A DNA stretch of 62,191 nt, counting the filler, from Sphacelaria rigidula (lineage: Eukaryota): the NCBI GenBank assembly GCA_964200075.2. It is 6 parts of 6 records of this genome, joined end to end, with 100 filler letters (N's around TTAATTAATTAA, not from the genome) between each part and the next. Parts side by side here need not be neighbours in the genome. Positions count along the whole stretch, not along the records: positions 20,766 to 31,047 come from CAXNAA020006793.1; positions 31,148 to 41,429 come from CAXNAA020006794.1; 4 more parts are not named here. One strand, 5' to 3'. A program made the translations under genes and the position numbers. Positions within the stretch are counted from its first letter, which is position 1. Each line of letters begins with the position of its first letter. This document shows, one piece after another, positions 24,949 to 37,185 of the stretch. The notes under the pieces are model-generated. The model did not search any database, was not told the origin of the DNA, and was given only the letters and a program-made list of their open reading frames with translations.

Positions 24949-26580
24949 TAGGGCTGTGAACTGGACCAGTTTGTACTGGCAGTTAAACTGGAACTGGTGA
25001 CAAGGACTCCAGTTTCTTCAGTTTATTTGAAGTGTGCCGTTACCGGCTATGTTTGTACCATTTGTAGAACAATGAGCTTGTAACAAATATGCTTACATGA
25101 TAACGAACAAAATGACAGTAGGATTGGGGTCTTCACCGGACAACAGTACAGGTACAGACAGTACACTACAGTAGTACAACAGTACAGTACTCGTGGTCAC
25201 TACCCCTCGAAGTGATATTGCGGATACATGCCAGGTTTGTCGTTTCATAGCACGTTAATCTGCAACCACAAAATACAAAGTACACCATGGCTTTCAATTC
25301 AACTGCATGCGTGCTTGTGGGTTCGGACGTGAATCATTTTGCGCTCTCATCCCCGCGTGCTGTCAGCCTTGGCTTGTTTGCATCTTCCTCTCCTCACGGA
25401 GACGAAGATGCTGAGGAGAGGAAGATGCTGCATATTACACGTGAATGAATCGCCCACCGCTCTGAGCGGGATTTGAATGTCACCCGAGAGTGCCCAAAAA
25501 ACAATCCGAGACCGTATGGTCCTTTTTCGAATCCTGGAGTTTTTTGGGGGGGGCGTACTCACTCGTTGCCTGCCTTGCTTGGTCGTGTGGCCATTGACCA
25601 CGCATCCCTTTCGAGACAGAATACTGTTCCTACTCCTAATAGAACCACCTCCAACATTCCGGGGGGGCGAGGGGTTACTGAGTCTTGAACAGAAATATTG
25701 AAAAGAAGAATGATAAGCAAGAAACAAGAAATAAATAAACTGAAAGTAGGTAAAAATTCCAAATTCGTGTTGATGAAGCTTTAATTCTTCGCATACATTC
25801 GGAGCCAAGTAAGGCCAAGTAGTATTTATGGGTTTTGGCAATACATTGCACATGACACTTCCACGACAAGATTAAGACCAGACATATACCACAATGCTCT
25901 ACGATGCTTGCTCAATCAAGCTAAACGTATCTATCTACACCGTTAATTCGCGTCCAAAGTGCGTCGCATCTTGTTGTGGCAGATAGGACAAACAATCATG
26001 GGCGCTACCTCACTCAAGTCGCCCCAAAATGGCTACTTATTGAGTGTTTGTTTATGTGAAAGAAATGAAAGAACGACCGTCGGAGGGAGGGGGGGAGGTA
26101 CATACGGCGGTTTTCTTTGTGACACTCTTGCATCATCGAAGACTTTAAGCTGCTCAGTATGAGGGGTCACATCTTCTACAATTTTCCACATTTTTTTAAG
26201 GAAGACAAGCCAAATAACGCCATTTTTCTTGCCTCTGGCGGCGCTCCCGCGGGGCCCCCTTCCCAGCCGGGGGGGGGGGGGGGCTTGGCTCGCGGCATCG
26301 ACCCTCGCCGCCGATTGTCTGGCACGCTCGTACCCACCTCCCAACCTTTCGCCTGTTCCGTAGATAGCATCACTACAGTTTCGGCCCTGTATGCAAACCT
26401 ACCCGGACAGCTACGAGACATAACGAACCCATCCTCGTATGTTCCCCCGAGCTGACAGAAGACTACTCGAACATTCAGTCTAGGGTACTCACTAGAGAAC
26501 TGGAAAGCAATCGATGTACTGGCCGCTGGCGCGGTCAGTTTAAACTTGAAACTGGCCAGAGCAGCCTGTTCACAGCCCTA
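24949..26580. mobile_element. Non-autonomous hAT element, 1.63 kb
   Basis: Perfect TIR TAGGGCTGTGAAC / GTTCACAGCCCTA; perfect 8-bp TSD CGGTTTTG; subterminal AACTGG/CCAGTT motifs; no transposase ORF. Confidence 0.9.
25554..25660 (-). mobile_element. LINE 3'-terminal fragment nested in the hAT element
   Basis: Translates NVGGGSIRSRNSILSRKGCVVNGHTTK; homologous to 61570-61670; G runs on both sides. Confidence 0.8.
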
Positions 26581-26876
26581 CGGTTTTGTTTGTTGGCGCG
26601 TGTTCACACACGTCACTCACACCATTTTATCCCTCGACTGAATATTGCGTTCGTGGGTAACACTCCTTTCATTGTTACCTCAAGCACAAATGTTTCCATC
26701 AATGAACTTCGCCGCCTCTGCGTGTTTTCTTGTGCTGGGCGTCTTTCCCAACGCGCGACCTGTTCTTGTCATCGTCTTTGTCTTCGAGAAGTATATCCAC
26801 TTAAACGGGAGGAGTCCACGCCTGAGACTAGTGCAGTGGTTGACATCAGCGTCGCCCGCGGCAAGACGGCACGGAT

Positions 26877-27851
26877 ATGAGCGCTAGCAACAGCGGAAAC
26901 TGGAATGCGGCCACTAAAACAAACGATGTGCAGAGGAGACACGACGGAAGGCATGACATTGTCGGCGTCGCTGGAGATGCTCCCTCGGGTCCGTTCATAG
27001 GAGAACTGACTCCGGTATCCTCCCGAATGCCAGGTGCTATCCGTGATACTATCGGTCGTCTCGTTTCCAACAGTGTCCTCAACCATCATTATTCGAATAT
27101 CATGGGCGGAGGAGGGGACGGCATATTCGAAGTTTGGCGAGGTAATGAGGCAGGCATGTCGGGCTACGGCAGCGCTCTCAGGGATGATCGGCATATCGCC
27201 TCTGGCAGCGCCTTTGGTGGAAACGACACCGTTTGGAAGGCGGGACAGCACGCGTTAGGATGGCCTCTACCAGCACCACAAGCACCCGCTGCCGCCACGG
27301 CCGGCTTGCATGGTAATTCTCGGGGCGCTGCGCTTCCTGCCGCAAGAAACGATATTGGTTCGGTTGCAGGGGTTGCCGCTGGCTCCGATAGCCATAGCAA
27401 CAAGCCACCGCGCTCGGGAACTGCAGACGTTGGAGGAGCAATCCAGGTAGGGCCACGACCAGGACAACGGCGAGGTACTGCAACCAGTCCCCAGCCCAGT
27501 CATCCTGCGTCAAATTTAGCACCTGGACGCCCAAAAGTGGCATTACCTGCGCCATTGCCGTCGGCTGTCGCATCTTCATGCTCAGGAGAAACTGTATCAG
27601 CACCATCGCAACCGGGTGATGAGGCACGCCCAACCGTTCGTAAAGTCGGCGAGTCGTCGGCGGCAGAACGATCAGGGACAAAAGAGGGCGTGGCTGGCAC
27701 GTCGTCCTCGGCAGCTGCCTTTTCGGGTGTGAGCCGGAGTAGATGTACCTTCGACGAGCTTGCCGAAGGTCAAGACTACACGTGGCATGAACCGGAGAAA
27801 AGGAATGGCAAAGCTGTGTACACATCGTTGACCATCAACGACAAGGCACAG
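26877..27851 (+). CDS. Possible large exon, Gly/Ala/Pro-rich protein of unknown function
   Basis: Longest ORF in the window (421 aa); low complexity followed by CTFDELAEGQDYTWHEPEKRNGKAVYTSLTINDKAQ and a candidate CAG|GTGATA donor; no domain recognised. Confidence 0.4.
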
Positions 27852-30800
27852 GTGATAATAACAACGGAGGTGCAGGTGGTGGACAGCCTTAGGCTTTTCT
27901 CCGTTCCTGCTGTCTTTCTAGTTGTTGACTCTGTTGCAGTCGGTGTAATTCGACAAGAAAATGCAACGTGCAGTTTCAGACCCGCGATCGCGAGGATTGA
28001 CCAATCTTTCCGCACCTGCACCAAAGCCTACTTCTTTCCTGTGTTGGCTGCAGTATCGGATCGTGTTCAATCCAAAACCGAAGTGGGAAAAAGTGAGGTA
28101 GCCATTGATGATGGAGGTATCATGAACTATGGCGTAGATTGAGAGTTGAAGAAGATGTGAGTTATTTTTATGGGCACTTGGTGGCACTCACATCGCATAC
28201 TCAAGTGCTACCATTTTGTGCGGGCTCCATTTTCCTTGGTGCTGAACAAAATGCCCGACAGAAGAACGTTGTCCGTGATATGAGCCACCTCCTCGTAAAC
28301 TGCCTGCACAGCAGTCATCGCATATCTGACGAACACGACGCCGCTCTGGCCAAGGCTACCTTGAGTAGCACGGCCTCATTCCACTAGAGTTTACGCGAAA
28401 TGGTCTACTCAGAACATGGTTAAGTACTTGGTTTCAGTGCGAGCTGCCGCATTCGGATATTCTGGGGGGTGGCAGTCCTAGGCGCCCGCACAACGTGCGC
28501 ATTACACCGACCAAAGCTCTGCCAACGCACACTTTGCTTAAATCATCAGATCTACCTCCTTTGGCCGGGGGATTCTGGTCCTCTGTTGCGACTTGAGCCA
28601 AATGTGTATCCAGATTCCCTAGCTCTTGTGTGTATGCGGGTGGCTGTGAAGTGCCGTGGACCGGCTTGCTTGCGGTGTCGTGAACCGCGTGATCTCCAAT
28701 GCTGCAGGTATCCCATATTAAACCAAGTGCAATAGTGATTGAGCATGTGTTCTGTTCGTGAGGGCCTCGGCACAGGTCCGACCACCTACTGACGTGTTCA
28801 TTATTCCTCCGCGTTATTTCAAATTTGGTGTAGATTTTTGATCGTAAGGGCCCCCATTCCTACCCATAACTGTCCACATGTGATGAGTTTCGCAATTTTT
28901 CTCATTAGTCCTGGGTGGTCTCCGACTCATTCACCACGCACACAACACAGTAGGGGTCCCGGTTTAGCGGTTCCGAGTGTCAAAATGGGAAATAACCGCT
29001 AAACCGGGACCAACCGCTGAATCGGTTTGGCGGTAGCGGTTCAACCGCTATTCCGGGTCCTAGCTTAGCGGTTCCAACCGCTGAATTGGGGAAAACCCCG
29101 TCAACTCCGCATAAGAGCAGCGTTGCGTTTGATGACATGTAATTTCGATAGCATCATGTGTGGCTGCTGTATACAGCAGTACAGTTATGGGCGCGCCTGA
29201 CCCCCCAAAATGGGCGAAAAAATTGTCACCGACCGAAGGCACGAACAGACCGGAGATCTCGTTCATCCCCTGATTATGCACGCCGTAAAATCCCTCAAAG
29301 TACTTGTGATTTGAGTGGGGTTTCCACTTGACGATTTCCCATTTTCGTCGTCCCGGACTACGAACCACGGCGTGCCGAGGCTACTCACTGGCGTGTATTT
29401 GTCCAAGCTACAATCTGGAAACATTTTGGGACCAAAGGAGTTGTGGTGATCGACAAAATCGCAAAAAAACACGTTTTTTTTCACTTGAATTAAATTTGTT
29501 ATAAAACTCGAATTCAGATGAGATGAAAAAAATTGACCACCGGATTTGTAGCTGCCGTCTAGGCGCAAATGGTGCAAAAAAGCGCATCCCAATTGATCGC
29601 GTTGGCGATGAATAATGGGAGCAACCGTTTGGGCCATGAGCGCAAACCAGCGCCTCCAACACTCGCCGGTTTCCACGACATGCGAAAACCTCACCCCTGT
29701 CCAAGGGCCTCAGAATATATTACACTCATGAATGAGTCTTGATACTGCAGATTATTGATACATCGGATATGTGGAATGTTCGCAGGTGTAGAATTTGAAC
29801 CTTTGGCCGAACCCCTAGAGGCTTCCGTGTCTGCGGATATTACCCCCATCTGTGCATCGCTTGTGATGGTGGCAAGAGTAGCGCTCGTTCTCCTGCACCC
29901 GGTGCCATCACCACGCCACCATCGATAGCGTAGCTTTGTAGCTAATCTCCCCTGGCGGCAAGTGTGGACAAGCCCTGAACTGAAGGAGAAGAGGAAGCCA
30001 CAGAGCAAGCTGGCATTCAAGAAGAGAGAGCAGTATCCGCAATGGCACCACACTCCAACAGCAGTTATAGACATCATGAGTCGCACGAACGAAAGCAAGA
30101 ATTATCTTTTTGACGTCGCAGCAGCGAAGCGAACCAATTATAACACTAAACCTAACCCTAACCACAACAAGGGCATACTGAGAATCCTCGGGCAAGGCGG
30201 GTGCAACGTGTTCCCTAAGCGAAATGTGCGTTGCCAGACCTCAACTCGGATGCCCCAGGCCCCGATTCAGACAAAAACACGTTGTGGGCACTCTAGGAGC
30301 ATGCTAGAAGCACAGCTGCCATGAAAAGATCCGGATTTCGGTGTTCACAATAAAATCAAGATGGATCATCCTACCCTCCCGAATGGTCAACTATACTGCG
30401 CCAAGACGAGACAAAAGACAGCATAAAGTCGTCAGCCCGCTTTTGCTGAAGCCACATGGCACCGAAGCCCCATTCATGTCTTTCAGTGCACCAACCCGTC
30501 CCAAGACACGCGTCCGTTGTATCGGCAGTGGTGGGCGACGACCGACGGTTTGTTTTCATTCCCTCTTGGAGCACGATATCGTAGGAGTCCGATGAAAATC
30601 ATGCATATTCATGAAATGAAAAGGCATACCCACGGAACAACAAATACGCTTGCACAGGGCGAGCCATTCATCCGCTAAAATTGTAGAACGATGGGATCCC
30701 ATTAATCAAACTCCTCAAAACATGACGAGGAAGTCGACCAACGTCCGCCCAGCCTTCATGACACACCCGGCGACTGTGCTCCACTAGCCTGTGTAAGGGC

Positions 30801-31047
30801 CGTCCTCGTCGAAGTTCATCAGTACATATGGTTCTGTCGCATATTGAGCATATGATTTTGCAAAAATAAATGGTCCAGCGCTCCCGTTTCAGGTGTTGGG
30901 CTACAAATGTTCATGGTTGATATTACTTCTTTTGAGTGCGTACAACGAGAATCGGAACTCAAGTGGCACTGACAGTCCCGTGGGCTCCTCGTGTGAGCAG
31001 AAAGTGTTTTCGTTGAAATCGGCGCCACAGGCGCAGATTTGGGGTCT

Positions 31048-31147
31048 NNNNNNNNNNNNNNNNNNNNNNNNNNNNNNNNNNNNNNNNNNNNTTAATTAAT
31101 TAANNNNNNNNNNNNNNNNNNNNNNNNNNNNNNNNNNNNNNNNNNNN
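31048..31147. other. Artificial contig linker
   Basis: N44-TTAATTAATTAA-N44. Confidence 0.98.
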
Positions 31148-31973
31148 GGGGGCACCTTACCCTCTGCTCCTCCGTGGTCTTTTCCCCTCCCCCCCCCCCC
31201 CCCCCCCCCCCGCGCGCGTTTTTTGTTGATTTTCTTCCATTTTCTGGAGTTTAAGTCTAGCGAGTGTACTCCGTTTATCGAATGACCACGGCTGGAGTCG
31301 TAGCAAATCAGCTGTGTTGCGAAAATCCGTTTTAAGTGATGCTGAAATCACCCGATGTTTGACGCACTGTGTAGATATTTTGGTTTGCCTGATGCAAAGA
31401 CACGTTCAGGCGACCCCGTAGTAGAAGGAGTGGCTCGATTCTCCACCAGTCCCCTGACGTGAGATTATCCGCAAGTGGTCCTTCGTCTTTGTACAAGTTG
31501 CCCACAACCGTAAAAAACAGGTTATTGGGAATCTCAGCCTTGAGGACAATAATACCGCAGGCCGCCGTACGACCAACGATTCGCTCCAACACTCGTTGTC
31601 CTGTGACATCACTGTCTTGTCAAGTGGAGTGATGCCACGGTGGGGGTGCACTTATCAGTCCAACAGTTTTCCGAGGCTGACCACGAAGACCGAGATATTT
31701 GTCACCGAGAAGCTCCTACGGCAAAGGGCCTCGGGAAAAAAAAGTGCACCCCTACCGTGGCATTGCTGATAGGGAAGAGGAGAACAATGGGAAGGGGAAC
31801 GCGAATTGCTGCTTTTATTCCGTGGTGCATGTGTGTGAGGGCCGCAATGGCCTTGCACGTTCATAGGAATGCGGTGAAGGCTCGCTCGCGAGGCATCCCT
31901 GGACAAAATACCGCTGGATAATGATCAACAAGTTTGCAGCGCGAACGCAGCCGTTCTTGTTTTTCTTTCCTCA

Positions 31974-32273
31974 CACTTTGAACCCCTCCCCTTCCTCGGG
32001 ATGAGTCCGTGGTCTCAAGGGATCAACCCATCTCTCCCCCGGTACACGCCATCCATTGTTGTTTCGCGGATTGGATCATGACTACCAGCACTCCCGCACC
32101 GCGTCAACTCACACACGTCACACTAACCCAGTCGAATACTTTGTTTACTCACGTTCTCGCGTTTTCCACGGTGAAATTCATGCATTACGAAGAAAAACCA
32201 AACCCATTGGGAATCGAACCCCCGCTCTCCCCAACCTAGTAGCGACAGTCGGACCATTACACCACCGGGGCGC
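31974..32273 (-). mobile_element. tRNA-derived SINE, family C, full length
   Basis: Minus strand GCGCCCCGGTGGTGTAATGG (A box), GGTTCGATTCC (B box), 3' end GATGGGTTGATCCCTTGAGACCACGGACTCATCCCGAGGAAGGGGAGGG; copies at 45627 and 46834, fragments near 32915, 42320 and 44505. Confidence 0.85.
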
Positions 32274-33387
32274 GGAAATTTTGAAATATTTTTCAACTGT
32301 CCGGTTTGGTGAAGTGAGTTATGACCCACCTTTTCAAGTCCTGCCGACACTCGTGTTTTTACGTATTTGTTTTTGCGCAGTGGGAATCGATTTTCCTGTA
32401 GGATCCCCTGTAACCTCATCTTTGCCCCCGTCCTTTGCTGATCTCCGCTGGCCGCACTACCTTCCCCTCCCCGTTGTGTTCGTTCCACGTTTCGACGTGA
32501 AAGTTCCACAACAAATCCGCAACCAGGTAACGCCCGGAGACGAATTGGTGTAGCTGTCCTATCGTCCAGAGCGCGGGGGTGCACGTATGATACGTGCAAG
32601 AACTGATCCATTGGACACACGTACGCGGAGATCTAGTTGGACGTACAATCGGAACAGCTGGTTGCACTCCTTTAGAGTCCAGCGGGTGATACACCTGTCC
32701 TCCAGGGCAGTCCGCTCCACAGTGGTCTAACTAGTACGTCAACATCAATCGGGGACCAATTTACGGGCTGGAACCCTCACTGGGTTTATGTTTGCTGTCG
32801 TCCGGTAGCATGAGAAGCGAGTTGATAGGCATACATAGCACAACTACATTGCACAGAGTGGGGAGCTCTGGTCGAATACTAGATGATGGAGTGTGGAGCA
32901 GATGCTGGGGAAGCGATGGGTTGATCCCTTGAGGCGACGGGTTCGTTCCGACGAACGGCCGAACTACACGTGCGACGAAAAATACGTGGTATACACTTTC
33001 GTTCCTTGTTTCTCCTTGTGTGGTCTCTTTACTTGGCTGAAGTCATGTGTGGCAGGGGCCTGAAAGGGATTTTTCTCGAGGGCGGTCAAAAGTCTTAGCC
33101 TCGCGTTGCGTTTTTTCCTACTCCACGTTTGACTTCCCTCTTTCTCTTACTTTGTTTTCAGATATATATTAGCTTGATCACCTTGTTCTCTCATTTGCTG
33201 TCATATTTTCACCCTTTCGGGTTCTCCTTTGCGGGTGTTTGCATTCGTTTACCTCGCGTGCGTGTATCTTACAATCACGTCTAGGTTCGTAGCGGGTACG
33301 CTAGTGTACAACAATTGATCGGATCAATCCATCAATTGATCAAATTCACAAGAAGTTTGTATTGATCCACCGGCTTGAGGTCATGAA

Positions 33388-33816
33388 GCGACAGCGGATT
33401 CTCAGTAGGGGATTGAACAAAAGAATGAGGTTCAACTCAAAGGTAGTGCTTTCCCTGACCTCAAGCCATGACAAGTGACTTTTATATGGGCGACCTCATC
33501 CCTCCCGACCTCCCAAAAACTGTTTCGAGAAATTCCTAGCATTTCGTTTCCTCAAAGAGTATGTGCGAAAGCACGGTTTTTGGGTCAAAGAACGTCCCTT
33601 TTTTCACCCCCGAATCGAGGCAAAAAATTGCTTTCGCACATACCCTTTGAGGGAGTAAAAGGCTGGGAATCCCCCGAAATAGTTTTAGGGGGGATCGGAC
33701 AGAATGTGGTTGTCCGTATGAAAGGTATTTGTCATGGCTTCAGGTCAGGGAAAACACTACTTTTGAGTTGAACCTCAATTCTTTGTTCAACCCCATTTTT
33801 GAGACTCCGCTATCGC
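33388..33816. mobile_element. ~430-bp foldback MITE
   Basis: ~185-bp imperfect inverted arms (GAGGTTCAACTCAAAGGTAGTG / CACTACTTTTGAGTTGAACCTC; GTATGTGCGAAAGCA / TGCTTTCGCACATAC); no TSD found. Confidence 0.8.
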
Positions 33817-34073
33817 GCCTTCTGTCACTGCGAAACAGCCACACTTGCTTCCATGACAGTCGCCGAGCCAGAACGTACTCATCGGCTGTAGATGCACAAG
33901 ACCTACGAGTATTCTGTCGCTCTGTGCTCAGGTGCCTTGAGTTCGAGAAGGGTTGCGGTCGATTAAGAGTTAACGAAAGAGCGCTGAAAGAACACGCATC
34001 TTCACGTTCATGGACCGATGGGCATACTAAAAATGTAAGAGGCAGATGCTGTACTGCAGATGAAACGATTGCT

Positions 34074-34331
34074 GAGCCATGCTATGATAGGTGGGGGGGG
34101 TTGTTCGATTCCACGTAAAATTGTGCTCATAGATGCGTCAAACGACCTAAAACACTCGCGGTGCGCTTGTATTCGGGTACAAGCGGTGTAAAGCAGTGTG
34201 GATGGGCTTTATTTTTCCGGAATAAGCGCGTTCGAACAACTGTTGGCTGCTTTCAACGGCGACTGAAGTAGAATTTCGTGGACGAAAACGGCCCCGATGA
34301 ATACCCCCCCACCTCAATCGAAGCATGACTC
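34074..34331. mobile_element. ~260-bp MITE with GAG...CTC ends (Sola2-like), copy 1
   Basis: TIR GAGCCATGCTATGATAGGTGGGGGGG / CCCCCCCACCTCAATCGAAGCATGACTC; flanks TGCT/TACT; colinear with 35930-36297. Confidence 0.6.
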
Positions 34332-35929
34332 TACTGCACAAATATTCATGTTCGCGGTTTTAAGGTCAGCAAAGGTGCAGGGGGAACTTTGTGGCTGGGT
34401 TACTTCTGAAGAACGAGCTATGGTCTACGACATGCGCACTTCAGCTCCGGTATCGGGTAGATTTCATGTTATCCTTTCGGTGTGGCAGTTGTTATTTCGG
34501 AATAGTCTGGTGGTCCTTCGTGAGGTGTTGCCGCCCTGCAGCAGTGTTGGGTACGACGATATCTTCCTATTTTCTGTGTTCAAGGCGTGTCTGTTTTCTA
34601 TTGGACGTAGACTTTCTCTTTGATGAGGATTGATGTTTTCGGTGTGGTGTTGAGCAATTGATGCTTGCTTGGGCGCGTTTCTTGTATGGGGGTCTACTCC
34701 GTGTATGCAAGTGCTGACACGTCGTGCTGCACCTGCCGCACCCGTCGCAGCTCTTGTAGGGAGAGCGGCGAGTGTGGTGATGGGTACATCGCTGCCGCTG
34801 CATGCAAGTGGTCTATGTATTTACTCTTGTCTATCTTCGTAGCACTCGGGCAGATTTATATATTTAGGTTTAGATTGCATTGGAAATCCGGTGCTTGTGT
34901 GGGCACCTCTAACCCTAAGTACTATCAAACGTACCCCTGAAACAGTAGAAATTGGTCACACTTTGAGAAGACCAAACACACACGCATATATACATACATA
35001 TATATATATATATATCGAAACCTCGCAGTGAGGGCTGGTTGCACTAGTTTGGCGTACGGCGTTTCCGGTGGAAAAAATGTTCTCATGGCACCCTAAAAGC
35101 ACTGATGGCGTGTAGGAAAATGTACATGTGTATATGCGAACGCGTGTAGGTAGGCATACTTAAGCATCCACGTGTGCAGCGGCATAACTACCATTTCTCG
35201 TTGTTTCATGCGCAGGGACTAGCGGGGTGTTCCTTTTAGTGCGCCGAAGGAATAGCAGCAGTTTCAAAATATTTGACCATGGCTCTTGCCCGACGGAACA
35301 TTTCACTCAGTTCTGGGGACCTGATTCGAACGGAGGTGCTTACAGGGCTGTGGGAAGCTCTGCCACACACTCTCCAGTGCCCGCGTGAAGCCGACGCACG
35401 AAATCAGAGCCAGGGCGTGAAGTACGCCTGGGTGCTCCTGTAAAAGAGAACGGAGGGCTGCGGTTGGGATATGAATAAAATGAAACAGTCCACCTGGAGA
35501 TATTGAAGACGACGCGCGAGCCTGTAAGCACGCAACAGAGTTCATCACGTCCGTACCGCCAGTTGCGTACGCGTTATTGGGGCGAAAACACATTATTTCA
35601 TCGTGTGGACGCTGTTGCAGAACTGCAGTCACCGATACTGCTTAATTCCACGTTGGGTGAACTCACTACGCAAGTGAGTGCGATGGAGCCGTTGCCCCCT
35701 CCTCCCCCTCCCGCCCCCTCAAGACGGGACTAGATGCGCGGCTACTCTTACAACTCCCGCTTGACGGCGAGATCAGAGGGCCGCCGGGTTCGTGCCGTGG
35801 TTTAGTGTTGTGACTTGTCGCCATTCCCGTCGATCACGAAACGATTACATTGGAAAATTCAAGGAAGGTTCGTTTCGACGACTTGATCAGCTACGATAGT
35901 GATTTGGTGTACGGGCTGGTCTTGTGGAC

Positions 35930-36297
35930 CAGCCACGCTACGATAAAGGGGAGGTGTTCGATTGCACGAGGAAAGTGATCATGGATGCGTCAAACGACCG
36001 AAAATACTCGCGGTGCGCTTGTATTTGGGTTAGAGCGGTGTATGAAGGAGCGTTATTTATCGCGAGCAAGCGCGTTCGGACAACTGTTGGCTGTTTCCAA
36101 CGGGGATTGAAGTGGAATTTCGTGGAAGAAAACGGTCCACATGAATACCCCCCCCCCTATCGTAGCATTTATTATTTATTTATTTATATTTATTAGGAGT
36201 AGGAACGGTGCTCCGTCTCGAAAGGGATGCGTGGTCAATGGTCAAACGACTAAGGCAAGCAACAAATGAATACGCCCCCCCTATCGTAGCATGACTC
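35930..36297. mobile_element. Same MITE, copy 2, with a LINE fragment in its right TIR
   Basis: Colinear interior (GATGCGTCAAACGACC, CTCGCGGTGCGCTTGTATT, GAATTTCGTGGA); flanks GGAC/GGAA. Confidence 0.65.
36169..36274 (+). mobile_element. LINE 3'-terminal fragment with an 18-bp TSD
   Basis: TATTAGGAGTAGGAACGGTGCTCCGTCTCGAAAGGGATGCG...AAATGAATACG; CCCCCCCTATCGTAGCAT duplicated at 36151-36168 and 36275-36292; (TATT)n filler at the 5' junction. Confidence 0.88.
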
Positions 36298-36367
36298 GGA
36301 AGTTCAACCAGCCGCCGGCCACGACCCCTACGTCTGATCGCAGGTTCAGCCATGGAGGCAGCGGCAT

Positions 36368-36826
36368 ATGTCCGGCCGGGCAATAGAGGGCGTACCAGCA
36401 CAGCGCCGACAAAATCGCAAACGAAGTCAACTCGCAGGCGAGATCGAGCTGGTGCAGAGATTCGGAGCAACTCCGCGAACGTTTTCTACGGCGAACGACG
36501 GCGTACGTCTGCATGTCCGCCCGGGATGTCTGCGGAGTGGGCGCACGGCGGGTCCGGTTACGATTCACACGACTGGTAGATACCTCGTGCAGTGCGGTGG
36601 ACGAGCGGGAAACGTTTTAATTTCTGAGGTAGTCGATTTCCAGCCTTCAGGGATGAGATTCGGAACGCCCATACTGCTAGACTTTCGTGTTGGCGAGGGC
36701 AAGGGTGAGTTGGGGGCGGAAGAGGGAGAGGGAGGGCGTCATAAGGGGAATGATGCATCTGGGAACGACGCAGACGGCTTTGGTGAACGGGAGGAGTACA
36801 TGCGCAGTCTCAAGAAAAGTTACAAG
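36368..36826 (+). CDS. ZU5-domain protein, first visible exon (may start at the acceptor at 36344)
   Basis: GVRLHVRPGCL...LISEVVDFQPSGMRFGTPILLDF fits ZU5; phase-0 donor AAG|GTGAGG; in-frame upstream acceptor CTGATCGCAG|. Confidence 0.75.
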
Positions 36827-37185
36827 GTGAGGCACTCGAGAGCTGTGAGGTGTAGTTCAGCAGCCCTGGCCTAAATGCCTGTGCACTCGTTCCGATACAT
36901 TTATACGCGCCTACACGACGTCCTCCTTCACCCGCGGTGTACAGAAGAGGGCAGTCGACTACGGGTTTTCACAAGTCAGGGCGCTGGAAGTGCTTGGGTC
37001 GTCTGTTCAGCCAGGATGTACCCAACTGATCATGGCGAGCGCACTATTTCAAAATCGCGGAGACGCTCCTCGCCGTAAGTAGTTGACTTCGTCAAATACG
37101 CAGAAAGACGCGCGAGTGGCTGATGCTGGATCGTAAGCATTATTGTTGTCATACCTGCTCTAACTAACATTTGCTTCAAACGCAG

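Noticed and set aside
30151..30163. Telomeric CCCTAA-like repeats
   Set aside because: Only about two units; not an array.
31157..31920. Overlapping short ORFs at the start of contig 4
   Set aside because: No motif or splice structure recognised.
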